Translations under genes and position numbers: made by a program
The notes under the pieces: generated by a model
The model's database searches: none
Seen by the model: only the letters and a program-made list of their open reading frames with translations
Told to the model about the DNA's origin: nothing
Assembly (NCBI GenBank): GCA_002269645.1
Contig: NIVC01002033.1
Coordinates: forward strand, 124,001 to 188,000
Direction of reading: 5' to 3'
DNA from: Macrostomum lignano
Lineage: Eukaryota
Length of the DNA: 64,000 nt
In this document: positions 35,703-47,161 of the stretch, piece after piece
How the letters are laid out: each line of letters begins with the position of its first letter
Numbering within the stretch: the first letter of the stretch is position 1

Positions 35703-36654
35703 ATGAACTGCCTGCCTCAGCACAGCCCCGGCACCAGCTGCACCACCACCCGGCCCTGCTGGCTGCCGCTGTTGCCGCCAGTGACGCCGCTGCAGTCGAA
35801 GCCGTCGCAGAAGGAGCCGCCGCCCCCTCCTGCGTGGTTCTGGCCGGTACCTGCGCCACCTCCGCTAAAGCCGCCGCCCGCGCCGCCCGCGCCAATCAGG
35901 CCCTCACCGCTGCCGCCGGCGCCGCCGCCTCCGCCGAAGCCGCCCAAGCCGGTGTTTCCCAGGCCAGCGAGGCCGCCGACCCAGCCTTCGGCAGAGCTGC
36001 CGCCGCCGTCTCCGTCATTGGCGCTGCGCCGAGCGTTGACCGGCTTTCCCAGCCAGCCGGCGCCGCAGCCGCCGTGATTAACCAACCGGAAGGTTTTCTG
36101 TGGCCTGTTGGAGCCGGGATTTCCGTCGGCACCGCCGATGCCCACAGCCACGGCAGCGGCTGTGGAGTCCGTGCCGTTGGGGCCCCGCTGCCCGGCGACT
36201 CTTGAAGAGCGACATTTGTCAGTTCCTCATCTACAAGCCAACTGCAGTGCGCCTACCTGTGGCATCGATCAGCATTGAGGAACCGTTCGCACCTGACTGG
36301 CTGTAGGACGCCCCACCGCCGCCTCCCGCGGCGACCAGAAGGCGACCGTCGGCGCCGCCGACGAACAAGAAGCTGCCGCCGCCGCCGCCTCCGCCGCAGT
36401 CGCCGTTGACGGCCGGTCCGCCGGCCTGACCGACCAAAACCGACAGCCGGACGCCGGCAGTCAGGTTGAAGCGGCCCGACATCGAGGCTCCGCTACCGCC
36501 AGCTGTGCCTGCGAAGCTATTGGAGCCGCCTGCAGCGCCCCGGGCCTCGATTTGGTAGCAGCCGGTCAGCTCGACTGTCAGCTGCTGGATGGAGCCGCTG
36601 CGGCCCGAGCTCGAGTCTGGGAGTCAGTGAGGGTCAGCGGGGTCAGCTGAGTTG

Positions 36655-36970
36655 CTGTGAGAATGAGCTGGCATGAGAATGAGCTGGTATGAGAATGAGC
36701 TGGCATGAGAATGAGCTGGCATGAGAATGAGCTGGCATGAGAATGAGCTGGCATGAGAATGAGCTGGCATGAGAATGAGCTGGCATGAGAATGAGCTGGG
36801 ATGAGAATGAGCTGGCATGAGAATGAGCTGGCATGAGAATGAGCTGGCGTGAGAATGAGCTGGCATGAGAATGAGCTGACATGGGAATGAGCTGGCATGA
36901 GAATGAGCTGGCATGAGAATGAGCTGGCATGAGAATGAGCTGGCATGAGAATGAGCTGGCATGAGAATGA
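36655..36970. repeat. Intronic minisatellite, 16-bp unit GAGAATGAGCTGGCAT (paralog 2)
   Basis: Tandem repetition. Confidence 0.95.
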
Positions 36971-37324
36971 GAACTTGGGACTGGACTCACTTGAGAACTC
37001 GTGCGTGATGTTGAGCCTCCTCGACTCGATGATGCTGTCGATGTCGACCGCCTTTCACACCTCGGCGCCGGCCTCGGATCCCAGCGACCTCCACGCGTGA
37101 CTGCCCGGCGGTCCGGCAGTCCGCGAGGCGTCCTCGACGAAGAGCAGCTGGCAGACGCGGCTGGCCCGCAGCAGGCTGACTGCCGCACAGCGCCTCGACC
37201 AGCAGCTGAGCAGGCAGTCTTGGATGGAGGCTGAGCTGGGCTCGCTGATGATGAGGCTGCTGACGGTCGGGTCGAGCAGGACTGGGCCGGAGGAGTTGAT
37301 GAAGCGGCTGCAGCTGGCGAGCGC

Positions 37325-38080
37325 CTGCGTGAGGGAGGCTGGGACTGGCGGGGCGGGTTTGGGATGAGCGGATGCGTGAGGGAGGCTGGGACTGGCGGGG
37401 CGGGTTTGGGATGAGCGGATGCGTGAGGGAGGCTGGGACTGGCGGGGCGGGTATGGGATGAGCGGCTGCGTGAGGGAGGCTGGGACTGGCGGGGCGGGTT
37501 TGGGATGAGCGGCTGCGTGAGGGAGGCTGGGACTGGCGGGGCGGGTTTGGGATGAGCGGCTGCGTGAGAAATGCTGGGACTGGCGGGGCGGGTTTGGGAT
37601 GAGCGGATGCGTGAGGGAGGCTGGGACTGGCGGGGCGGGTATGGGATGAGCGGCTGCGTGAGGGAGGCTGGGACTGGCGGGGCGGGTTTGGGATGAGCGG
37701 CTGCGTGAGGGAGGCTGGGACTGGCGGGGCGGGTTTGGGATGAGCGGCTGCGTGAGAAATGCTGGGACTGGCGGGGCGGGTTTGGGATGAGCGGATGCGT
37801 GAGGGAGGCTGGGACTGGCGGGGCGGGTTTGGGATGAGCGGCTGCGTGAGGGAGGCTGGGACTGGCGGGGCGGGTTTGGGATGAGCGGATGCGTGAGGGA
37901 GGCTGGGACTGGCGGGGCGGGTTTGGGATGAGCGGATGCGTGAGGGAGGCTGGGACTGGCGGGGCGGGTTTGGGATGAGCGGATGCGTGAGGGAGGCTGG
38001 GACTGGCGGGGCGGGTTTGGGATGAGCGCCTGCGTGAGGGAGGCTGGGACTGGCGGGGCGGGTTTAGGATGAGCGGATGC
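37325..38080. repeat. 47-bp GC-rich minisatellite in intron 1 of paralog 2
   Basis: About 16 tandem units; same family as 32610-33095. Confidence 0.95.
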
Positions 38081-38696
38081 AGGTGGCGACTTAGCAACAG
38101 AGCTTTTCAGCTTACCTATCGTCAGCAGGCAGAAACAGGCAAGAGTTATTGGTGCCATTTTGATTTACAAGATCTTAAATATTTTTCTTAAAAAGCGACT
38201 CTTTCCGAAGTAATCCTAGCAACTAAGCTGTTTGATAGAGACCATTAATTCAGTGTTAGAATTTTTTCGGCCAAGCCCAAGACTAATCTTCTCAAAGAGA
38301 CCCCTGACTTTTATGGTGATGCCTCTGTGGTGGGGAAAACTCAGTTTCACCCCTCATCACATGCTAAAACAGAAGTTGCATACAGATAATTACTTTTAAC
38401 TTAATTGGCCTTTTCTGAGAGCCTGGGACAGCCCCGCCTGCCGATAGGTAAAATGCGAATTTTCATTTATCGCTTACTTGGGATCGCTGAGAGGCTTTGA
38501 GGGATTGGATGCATTGGCACGAGGCTGTATCTGTGACAGTTGGGCAATTCGGTTGCCATGGCAACTGCCTACTGAGCACTCAGCTAGGTTATTGTCTCAG
38601 CTGGTCATATAAGGTATCGAGGTGTTGAGCTGTAAGAGTAAAAAGTTAGTTTGATTAATCTTTTTTATTTACTCTGCAAATTTGTAGCTGATAGAC

Positions 38697-38697
<1 letters not shown>

Positions 38698-38770
<73 letters not shown>
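38698..38770. repeat. (GA)n microsatellite
   Basis: Direct. Confidence 0.97.
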
Positions 38771-39371
38771 GCTAGCGAAGGCGTATTCAGTCCACCAGTG
38801 AAGTATGAGACAGGCCAGGCCTATGGGCTACGGTCTGCGATGCTTCACGCCTGCCCCTATCTTCAGCAGGTGGGGGTCGGTATGAGGTCTGCACCCCCAG
38901 CACTATTAATACAAATTATACTGACACATATACAGACACTGTCACTATACTACTGACAAGAAATATGCAAGTAGCGTGGTAATTTCTATATGGTACTTCC
39001 ATATGTACATCTCTCAATATACTAAAACTGACGCGATGCTTCAGAGGCTCGCTGGCTGTACAATCTCACTCTCTCCAAGCAATGGGGTGGTAGTGGTTGC
39101 GTCATCCCCCAAGTTCGGCCTCCAGACTGTATGAAGGCAATGCTTTCTATTTCTATTGAAAGTGTAGATGATAAAAGACGCCGTGTCGCGCTTTAGGTGA
39201 ATGAGGGCAGGGGAGGCGTGGCGGGGACTTAAATATGCGGACTTCACTACTTCCAGTATACTGCATGGGTAAAAGTGTCAAGTTTGGCAATACTGAAGCG
39301 GCTTGCGAGCGGTAGCTAGTTGAAAAGTAGCAGGCGAGCAAAAACAGTTTTCCGAGTATATTTGTTAGGGG

Positions 39372-41930
39372 CTACGAGCGTAGTTCTTTATATTCTTTAT
39401 ACGTAGTTCTTGGTCGCAAAACCGGCGTCGGGACTGGGTCGTCCGCGTCGATGACGACTGGCTTCAGCCTCTCGACTGACACCCGGTCGCGGCGAGTGCC
39501 CAGGTCCAGCAGGAAAGCTTTGGCGTCCCGCTCGAGGACCTTGAACGGGCCGTCGTAAGGTCGCTGCAGTGGAGGGCGGTGGCCGTCGCGCCGGATTAAG
39601 ACGAACTGGCAGGCGTCGAGGGCGGCGGGCCAGGCGGTGGGGCGGCTGCCGTGACGAGACGTCAGCGTCGGCCGGAATGCCTGGACGGCACCGCGGAGCC
39701 GGGCGGGGAACTGGTCGTGGTCGCCGGGCGGCGGGCTGGGCTGCAGGCACTCCGCCGGCAGGTCCTCCTTAGGGGCCGTCCGGATGCCAAGCAGCACCCA
39801 GGGCAGCTCGCTGACCCAGGCTGGTCCGGCCAGCCGCCCCATGAGGCACGGCCCCACCAGGTTGACGTGCACCTGGGCGAAGCGCTGGTCCGGGACGCGG
39901 ATATTGCCAACCGGGGCGGAGAAGTGCCGCTGCACCGTGGCCGTCTGACAAGCGACGCAGGACCGGGCCCACCGGCTGACGTCCTTGTTCATGCCGGCCC
40001 ACACAAACTTGGCGGCCACGAGGCGCCGCGTGCTGCGGATGGACGGGTGGGCGAGGCCGTGGATGGCATCGAAGACGCTGCGGCGGAAATCCGGTGGCAC
40101 TAACGGGCGCGACCGGCCCGTGGAGATGTCGCAGAGCAGGGCGACACCGGGGCTGAACTGCAGCGGGCTCTAGTTGTATGCTGGCGTCGGCCTGACTGGC
40201 CGTATCGGGCGCCTGCGCCTGCGCCATTGCCGTAAAATCCACTGCACCAAAGAGACCGTGCAGCGGGACAGCGCGTCTGCGACCGAGTTTTCCTTCCGTG
40301 CTGGATGTCCGTGGTGAACTCGGACACGTAGGCCAGGTGGCGCTGCTGCCGGGCGGACCACGGGTCGGACATCTTGGACATGGCGGCGACCAGTGGCTTA
40401 TAGTCCGTGAAAGCAGCGAATGTGCGGCCCTCGAGGAAATAGCGAACCGCCGCCAGGTACAAGGCGAGCAGCTCGCAGTCGAACGCGCTGTACTTCTGCT
40501 CGGGCGGGCGGAGCTGCCGGCTGAAGAAGGCAAACGGCTGTCAGGCGCCGCCAACCCGCTGCTCGAGCGCCGCACGGACTGCGGTATTGGAGGCGTCGTA
40601 TGGCCGCGGGTGCGCCAGCATGGCGGCGGAGGCCAGCGCCCGCTTCGCTCCGTCGAAAGCGGCGGTCAGCTCGGGCGTCCACCGGACGAACTTCTCCTTG
40701 CCGGCCATGGCCGCATGGATGGGGCGCAGCAGCTGGGCGGCGCGCGGCACGAAGCGGTGGTAGAAATTCACCATGCCGGCGAACTCCTGCAGGCCCTTTA
40801 GCGTGCCGCTGGCGACTTTAGCGGGCAGCGGCACGGCCCCTTGGGCGCTGATCCGGTGGCCGAGGAAGTCGATCTCGCTGCGGCCGAACCCGCACTTTGC
40901 CGGATTGACGATAAGGCCGTTGTCGGCCAGGCGCTGGAACAGCGTCCACAGGTGCTCCAGGTGCTGCTGCGGGCTGCGGCTGGTGACCAGGAAGTCGTCG
41001 ATGTAGTCGAAAACGAAGTCCAGGTCTTGGCAGACGCAGTACACCAGCCAATATTCGGCGTTCTTGAGGCCGAACAGCATTCGCAGGAACTCGAGAAGAG
41101 GCCAAACGGGGTGGTGACTGCGGTCTTGGTACGTCAACTGTGGCCACGGGCACCTGGTGGTAGCCGCGGACCAGGTCGATCTTGGAGAAGATCGAGCAGC
41201 CGGCCAGGCGCGCTGAGAAGTCCTGGATGTGCGGCACCGGGTAGTGGTCGGGCACCATGGCGTCGTTGAGCCGCCTGAAGTCGCCGCGGGGCCGCCAGAG
41301 GCCTTTGGCACCATATGCAACGGCGAGGACCACGGGCTGTTGGACCGGCGCACGATGCCGAGCTGCTCCAGGAGCCGGAACTCCTCCTTGGCCACCGCCA
41401 GCTTGTCCGGCGGGCCCTGCGTCGGGATGTGGTGCTCCACCACGTGTCGTGGCTCAGCCCGCTGGAAACTGGGCTCGGTGAGGGCGGGGAACTCGGCCAG
41501 CAGCCGGTTGTATGGGTCCGCAGCGGCGGCTGCGGCGAGCTGCAGTCCGGGCCCCGCGCCGTCCAGCAGGTGCACACTGGCGAGCGAGCGGGCGTCCAGG
41601 TGGCGTCGGTGCGACAGGTCCACCAGCAGGCCGTGGTGCCGCAGGAAGTCGGTCAGCCGGCCGGCTGTCCCAGAGCTTGTCCGCCTGCTGCGCTGCTGCC
41701 CGGGGGTCCGCGAAACTGACGGTTGTCATGGCCATGCGTACCTCCGGTGGCAGCTGTTGGCGGAACAGTTCCTCGAACAGCAGGCAGGGGCGGTGGTTCC
41801 CCAGCAGGGCGAGCATCTCGTCTATCAACTCGGACGGCCGCCGGTCGCCAAGGCCGGACATGCTGAGCAGGCGGCTGGCCCGCTGCTGAGGAGTCAAATC
41901 GAAAGTGCTGTTGAGGCGCTCCTTTAGCTG
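39372..41930 (-). mobile_element. Decayed Ty3/gypsy retrotransposon (gag-RT-RNaseH-integrase fragments, frameshifted, internally deleted, no LTRs seen)
   Basis: Gag QRASRLLSMSGLGDRRPSEL; RT WSSPLHMVPK, DFRRLN, FSKIDLVRGYHQVP, YIDD; RNase H DASNTAV, KYSAFDCELLA, TDYKPL; integrase HGLAHPSIRST...CVACQ and PYDGPFKVLER. Fragments lie in different frames. Confidence 0.9.
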
Positions 41931-42589
41931 GACGGAAATGGACGGTAAGAATTCGTTAACTGTTAGAAATGGAAATGTTTGGTCAGAGATAACAGGGAAA
42001 TTATGTGAATACGAGTCTGCTGACCATTGGATAGCCGTGGTAGTGTCTAATGCCTAAGGTGTTTGACCTAGCCGATGGGCTGGAAGGCCGGGGAGTAGTC
42101 TGGTCGCTAGCGGTCCCCCTCCTGATGTCGGGTCAGCCTTGAGGGTTCTTTTGGCCTACTGCCCGCCTGGTCAGGTGGAGCGGCAAAGAGGGTACTGCGC
42201 CCCCTCGAGGGTAGCCCACCAACATTTATCATGGCCTTCGAACCGACTAAGGATAAAAAAGCTTTACCTAGGGAAGGGGACCCTTCTAAACCCCAACCTC
42301 AGTCCGAAGGATCGGCCGGCTCTGCTGGCAGATCCAACGGGAGCCATCGAAACCAAGGTGCGGGGGCCAAAGCGGCGGCGCCCATCAAGGGTGATGAAGC
42401 AACCGGCTCCTCGAAGCAAACAGACGGGACGGTCGGTGGAGGCTCCAGCAGTTCAGCGGCGGCGCTCCCTGGAGATGCTGCTGCGACTGCTGAGGTTGAA
42501 ACCAAGGCGCGGCAAATGACCACGACCAACAAAGAGATTCCTTCTCGAGCTACCTTTGCCACAAAGGCCAGAATCTAGAAGACCAGGAC

Positions 42590-43180
<591 letters not shown>

Positions 43181-44120
43181 TCAGGGTAAGACTGCGATGT
43201 GCTGATTAGACCAGCTGTATTGTGGTAGTGTGGTACAATTCCTCGAGATTTCGCTCTCTCCAGCCAGTCTCAAAATTCTGCCACCCTCCCCAGATCTGTC
43301 ATATATGAAACTCTGATATTGATGAAGGTCAAAAATAATCAGTCAAGTCGAGAAATGAATGCCGTGGAAACAAAGTCAGAACTATCAAGAAGTTTGTCTG
43401 CAGCTCCAGCAGCGAAAAGAATTTCAAAGGAAAGGGCTGACCCCTACCAAGTGGCCAAAGGAACCGTGAACAGAGCTAACATACACATTGACCTGTTTTA
43501 GGAGTTGCATGCGTTTATCTTTGGTGTGCAGGACCTGGGGCATCCCGGGAGAGGTCAGTGCCAATGCCAATCAGACCCAAGGTTGTCTCCAATGAGTCCC
43601 AGGGCCTTCTGAAAGGCGTGCGGCATCGACCACCAATAGACTGCACTCTGTACTTCTCAGCGCAATTGTCATGCAGTAAAACAGTATCTGAACTGTTGCA
43701 CTGAACTGTCATTTAAACAGAGATGCCTTTGTTGCCATCTCTGTCCATTCCAGTGAGCGCAATCGCTAGTGTTTGGGAGTGAAGTTCAAAAATATCCCTG
43801 AGCCGGAATAAAATTCCTTTTTTGACTTCTCATTTCACATCATTTATGCCACACCCGTTAGTCACAATTACCTGAGAGACTGTCATTAAGCTAGCGAAGT
43901 GTCAATCAAAGTCATAAAAAGGTCATAAGAGTCAATTAGACTATTCAGCTGCATACACTTGCACTGACAAAACTCGGTGAGACACACTTTTGATTGCTTA
44001 GCTGTCATGAAGCAAAAATTGCTGCCTAATCTTCACAGACAAGCAAGCCATGCAGTCTCTGCTCCGCCCTGCTCACATGAAGGCTTTCAACTCAACCACC
44101 ATCGCCGCTCCGACCGGAAA

Positions 44121-44145
44121 CACGTGCCAATCCGATGTGCATAAA
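44121..44145 (+). promoter_or_regulatory. Candidate core promoter of prepropeptide copy A (E-box CACGTG, CCAAT, TATA-like CATAAA); duplicated at 46867-46891
   Basis: Motifs conserved in both copies ~80-105 nt upstream of the ATG. Confidence 0.4.
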
Positions 44146-44226
44146 TTCGCATCTGACGACTGCTCAAGATAACAAGCTCAGACTCGACTCAGCTCAAACA
44201 CTCGAATCGATCCTACTCAAGCAATC

Positions 44227-44415
44227 ATGAAGTGGCAACTCGCTCTCGGACTTTTGCTGTGCGCAGCCCTGGCTGTCGCCGTGCCCACCCAGGAGGAGAA
44301 GGCTGAGGCCATGGCCGTTCTGGAGGCTCTGTCCAACGTGGACGAGTCCAGCATGTCGGAGGAGGCCGTCGACAACGCCAAGAAGTTCGTCAGGGTCAGG
44401 GTTAGGCTTGGTTAA
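44227..44415 (+). CDS. Secreted prepropeptide, copy A (62 aa: signal peptide, acidic pro-region, KK, FVRVRVRL-G)
   Basis: MKWQLALGLLLCAALAVA hydrophobic signal; pro-region with 9 D/E; dibasic site; C-terminal Gly before the stop; GC3-rich codons like the host genes. Confidence 0.75.
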   Translation: MKWQLALGLLLCAALAVAVPTQEEKAEAMAVLEALSNVDESSMSEEAVDNAKKFVRVRVRLG

Positions 44416-45224
44416 ATGCTACCGCAGCCACACCTGACATCCAGCTCACTTTACCGAAGCTTGAGACTCGCTGGCACTGACGACAACTCACAAATGACCT
44501 TTGAACTTTGAATCCCGACCGCAAAATCACGGTTGTATTGACTGATCCGTTTTACAAAATATACCATCGAGAACACAGATTAAGATCTCAGCAGCACCTT
44601 AAGCTTTGTCTTATTGAACATTTTCAATTTCGCCAAGTCGCCAGTCCAGTCTTTGCGTAGTGAACTGATACTTGTGCTTATTTGAAGATAATAATTTATT
44701 GTAACTCAGTTACTACTGGAACGTTTTGTGATTTGCTAAATCTCCTTATTAACGGCTACAAAGCATTGGGGAAAAAGTATAATGCAGGAAGAATGCGTCG
44801 CCGGCAAGTCTAGTGCTCCCGAGCGCAAAATAGTGGCGTTGCGTAAGGCAGTGGTGGTCGACACCGTCAAGCAGTATTGCGCTAAGACACAGGAAGCTCT
44901 GACTAACTCCCTGGATCAGCTACGAGTAGTTGACGCATTTCACACTGAGGTATAGTGCCATACATGCAAGAACAGTCACGGTTCTACGGTTCGTCGACAG
45001 CCCGGGCTCTGAGCTTCATTATCTGTATTTCGTGCGGCCGAGAGATTCCCAGCGTGTTTTGGACCTGAGTAAGACATTTTAGATTGGGGATTGTCAGTTT
45101 TGCAATGAACGGAAGGTGACAAGCAGCTTTATTTATGAGATAGATATTTTATGAGACGCTTAACACTCCTACCCAATAGTCCTTGGTACCGTCCAAGAAT
45201 TCATAATAGTAAAATGTTCTCCGG

Positions 45225-45550
45225 AAGCGCCGGAGTGTTTCTGCGGATGTATTCGACAGCGCAGCATGTAACGTGTCCCTCGGCCCATTTTTTCCGGAGT
45301 GTTTCTGCCGATGTAGTCGACTGCGCAGCATGTAACATGTCCATCGGCCCATTTACTGCCGGAGTGTTTCTGCCGATGTAGTCGACTGCGCAGCATGTAA
45401 CATGTCCCTCGGCCCATTTACTGCCGGAGTGTTTCTGCCGATGTAGTCGACAGCGCAGCATGTAACATGTCCATCGGCCCATTTACTGCCGGAGTGTTTC
45501 TGCCGATGTAGTCGACTGCGCAGCATGTAACATGTCCCTCGGCCCATTTA
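45225..45550. repeat. Minisatellite, 65-bp unit
   Basis: CCGGAGTGTTTCTGCCGATGTAGTCGACTGCGCAGCATGTAACATGTCCATCGGCCCATTTACTG repeated about 5 times. Confidence 0.9.
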
Positions 45551-45559
45551 CTTTAGGCG

Positions 45560-46304
45560 TCAACGAGTTAAAGTAGGTGCTTGTCCCTTGAAAGGTCCAG
45601 CGTAGTCTGGGTGCACTCGACACCACTTCCCGTTCTCTTCCGTCCCTGCCAAAGTTCCATTGATTTAACTTCCCATGAGACTGGAATGCTTTGTGATCCT
45701 TGTGTCGCGCATCCAGCTTGCATTGTGGAGTTGTCTTATTGACTAACAAAGTGTCAATCCCTTTCATTTCTCTTTCGCCGCACGGGACAGCTTCACATGC
45801 ACTGACCAGACTTCACCTTCTCCCAAGTGATGTCCTTCAATTTTTCCTTAAGGAGTTTTCTGACAATCTACTTGATGGCCAAGAAAAATAAAAACTGGTG
45901 GCGGAGCCTATCGTTCAGGCCTGTCAATTCGAAGCTCTCGACCGCCTGATGAAGCCTTCTGGAGTAAGCAGCAGGTGTGTCTTCGCTATCCTCTTGCTTC
46001 CGACAGTGAAATACGTACCGATAGACCAGCCCTGACTTTGATTCTTTAGAAGTTCGTTCAGCTCGTCGAAAGTCTTGTCTTGTGGTTTGTGGGGAGTAAG
46101 GCCAGCAGGTTAAATGCTTTTTTACCGAGCTGATCGATGAATGCGTGTCTTCAGGACGTCCTCCTCCCACTTATTAACTTTAGCAATTGTCTCCAATGGT
46201 TGAAGGCATCGGCTCACTTCAGCCGAGACGTCTATCTCCAGGGTTTGATCGCAATCGTCGAAGTGTTGGTTTTGCAGTGAACGGAAGGTGACAAGCAGCT
46301 TCAT
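45560..46304 (-). mobile_element. Degenerate LTR-retrotransposon gag remnant
   Basis: Broken frames giving IAKVNKWEED, FHCRKQEDSEDTPAAYSRRL and RLRHQFL...IVRKLLKEK, typical of Ty3/gypsy gag. Confidence 0.55.
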
Positions 46305-46972
46305 TGGCGATGTGGCAACCAGCTAAAAAATAAAGGCTCCAGTTGAGCAGTTCATCACTGTTACGCTTGTTCTATTTTGAGCCCTGTGGCTCACACGTTT
46401 TTGGCAATCGAAGACTAACTAGGTCGGGAGAATAACTTAAACAGCTTTCCTGTAAGCATACGAGCTAGATCTTACGAGCGTATCGGGCATCTATCAGGGA
46501 TTATATTGGCTAGATCTGAGATCAAAGCCGCTTCATCGAAGATTGAGGCTGACTGAATCTGACAGCTCGCAGCTGACCGAACTGTGGCTTTTCGGGTAAT
46601 TCTCGCCAATGGCCCAAAACGATGAGAACTTCAGAGTCGATAAAGTGTCAATCAAAGTCATAAAAAGGTCATAAGAGTCAAATAGACTATTCAGCTGCAT
46701 ACACTTGCACTGACAAAACTCGGTGAGACACACTTTTGATTGCTTAGCTGTCATGAAGCAAACAATGCTGCCTAATCTTCACAGACACGCAAGCCATGCA
46801 GTCTCTGCTCCGCCCTTCTCATATGAAGGCTTTCAACTCAACCAACGTCGCCGCTCCGACCGGAAACACGTGCCAATCCGATGTGCATAAATTCGCATCT
46901 GACGACTGCTCAAGATAACAAGCTCAGACTCGACTCAGCTCAAACAATCGAATCGATCCTACTCAAGCAATC

Positions 46973-47161
46973 ATGAAGTGGCAACTCGCTCTCGGACTTT
47001 TGCTGTGCGCAGCCCTGGCTGTCGCCGTGCCCACCCAGGAGGAGAAGGCTGAGGCCATGGCCGTTCTGGAGGCTCTGTCCAACGTGGACGAGTCCAGCAT
47101 GTCGGAGGAGGCCGTCGACAACGCCAAGAAGTTTGTCAGGGTCAGGGTTAGGCTTGGTTAA
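46973..47161 (+). CDS. Secreted prepropeptide, copy B (identical protein to copy A)
   Basis: One synonymous difference (TTC/TTT) from copy A; shares ~330 nt of upstream sequence. Confidence 0.75.
   Translation: MKWQLALGLLLCAALAVAVPTQEEKAEAMAVLEALSNVDESSMSEEAVDNAKKFVRVRVRLG

Larger units (their letters stand above)
35717..38158 (-). pseudogene. Signal peptide + PAN/apple-like + ALK/LTK-type glycine-rich-domain gene, paralog 2 (exons 38158-38116, ~37338-36991, 36616-36293 or -36257, 36198-35717); in-frame TGA at 37055-37057
   Basis: MAPITLACFCLLTI G|GTAAG signal exon. Cys pattern QDCLLSCWSRRCAAVS...VCQL is PAN-like. GRD as in paralog 1, ending GRVVVQLVPGLC*. Codon TGA here is TGG (Trp) in paralog 1. 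Confidence 0.7.

Noticed and set aside
37055-37057. In-frame TGA read as selenocysteine or Trp
   Set aside because: The paralog has TGG (Trp), not Cys; no SECIS was identified; other nuclear ORFs here end in TGA. A nonsense mutation or base error is simpler.
44386-44415. Mature peptide as an ortholog of annelid/mollusc FVRIamide
   Set aside because: FVRIamide precursors carry many copies with FVRI at the amidated end; here there is one copy, with FVR at the N-terminus and RL-amide at the end.
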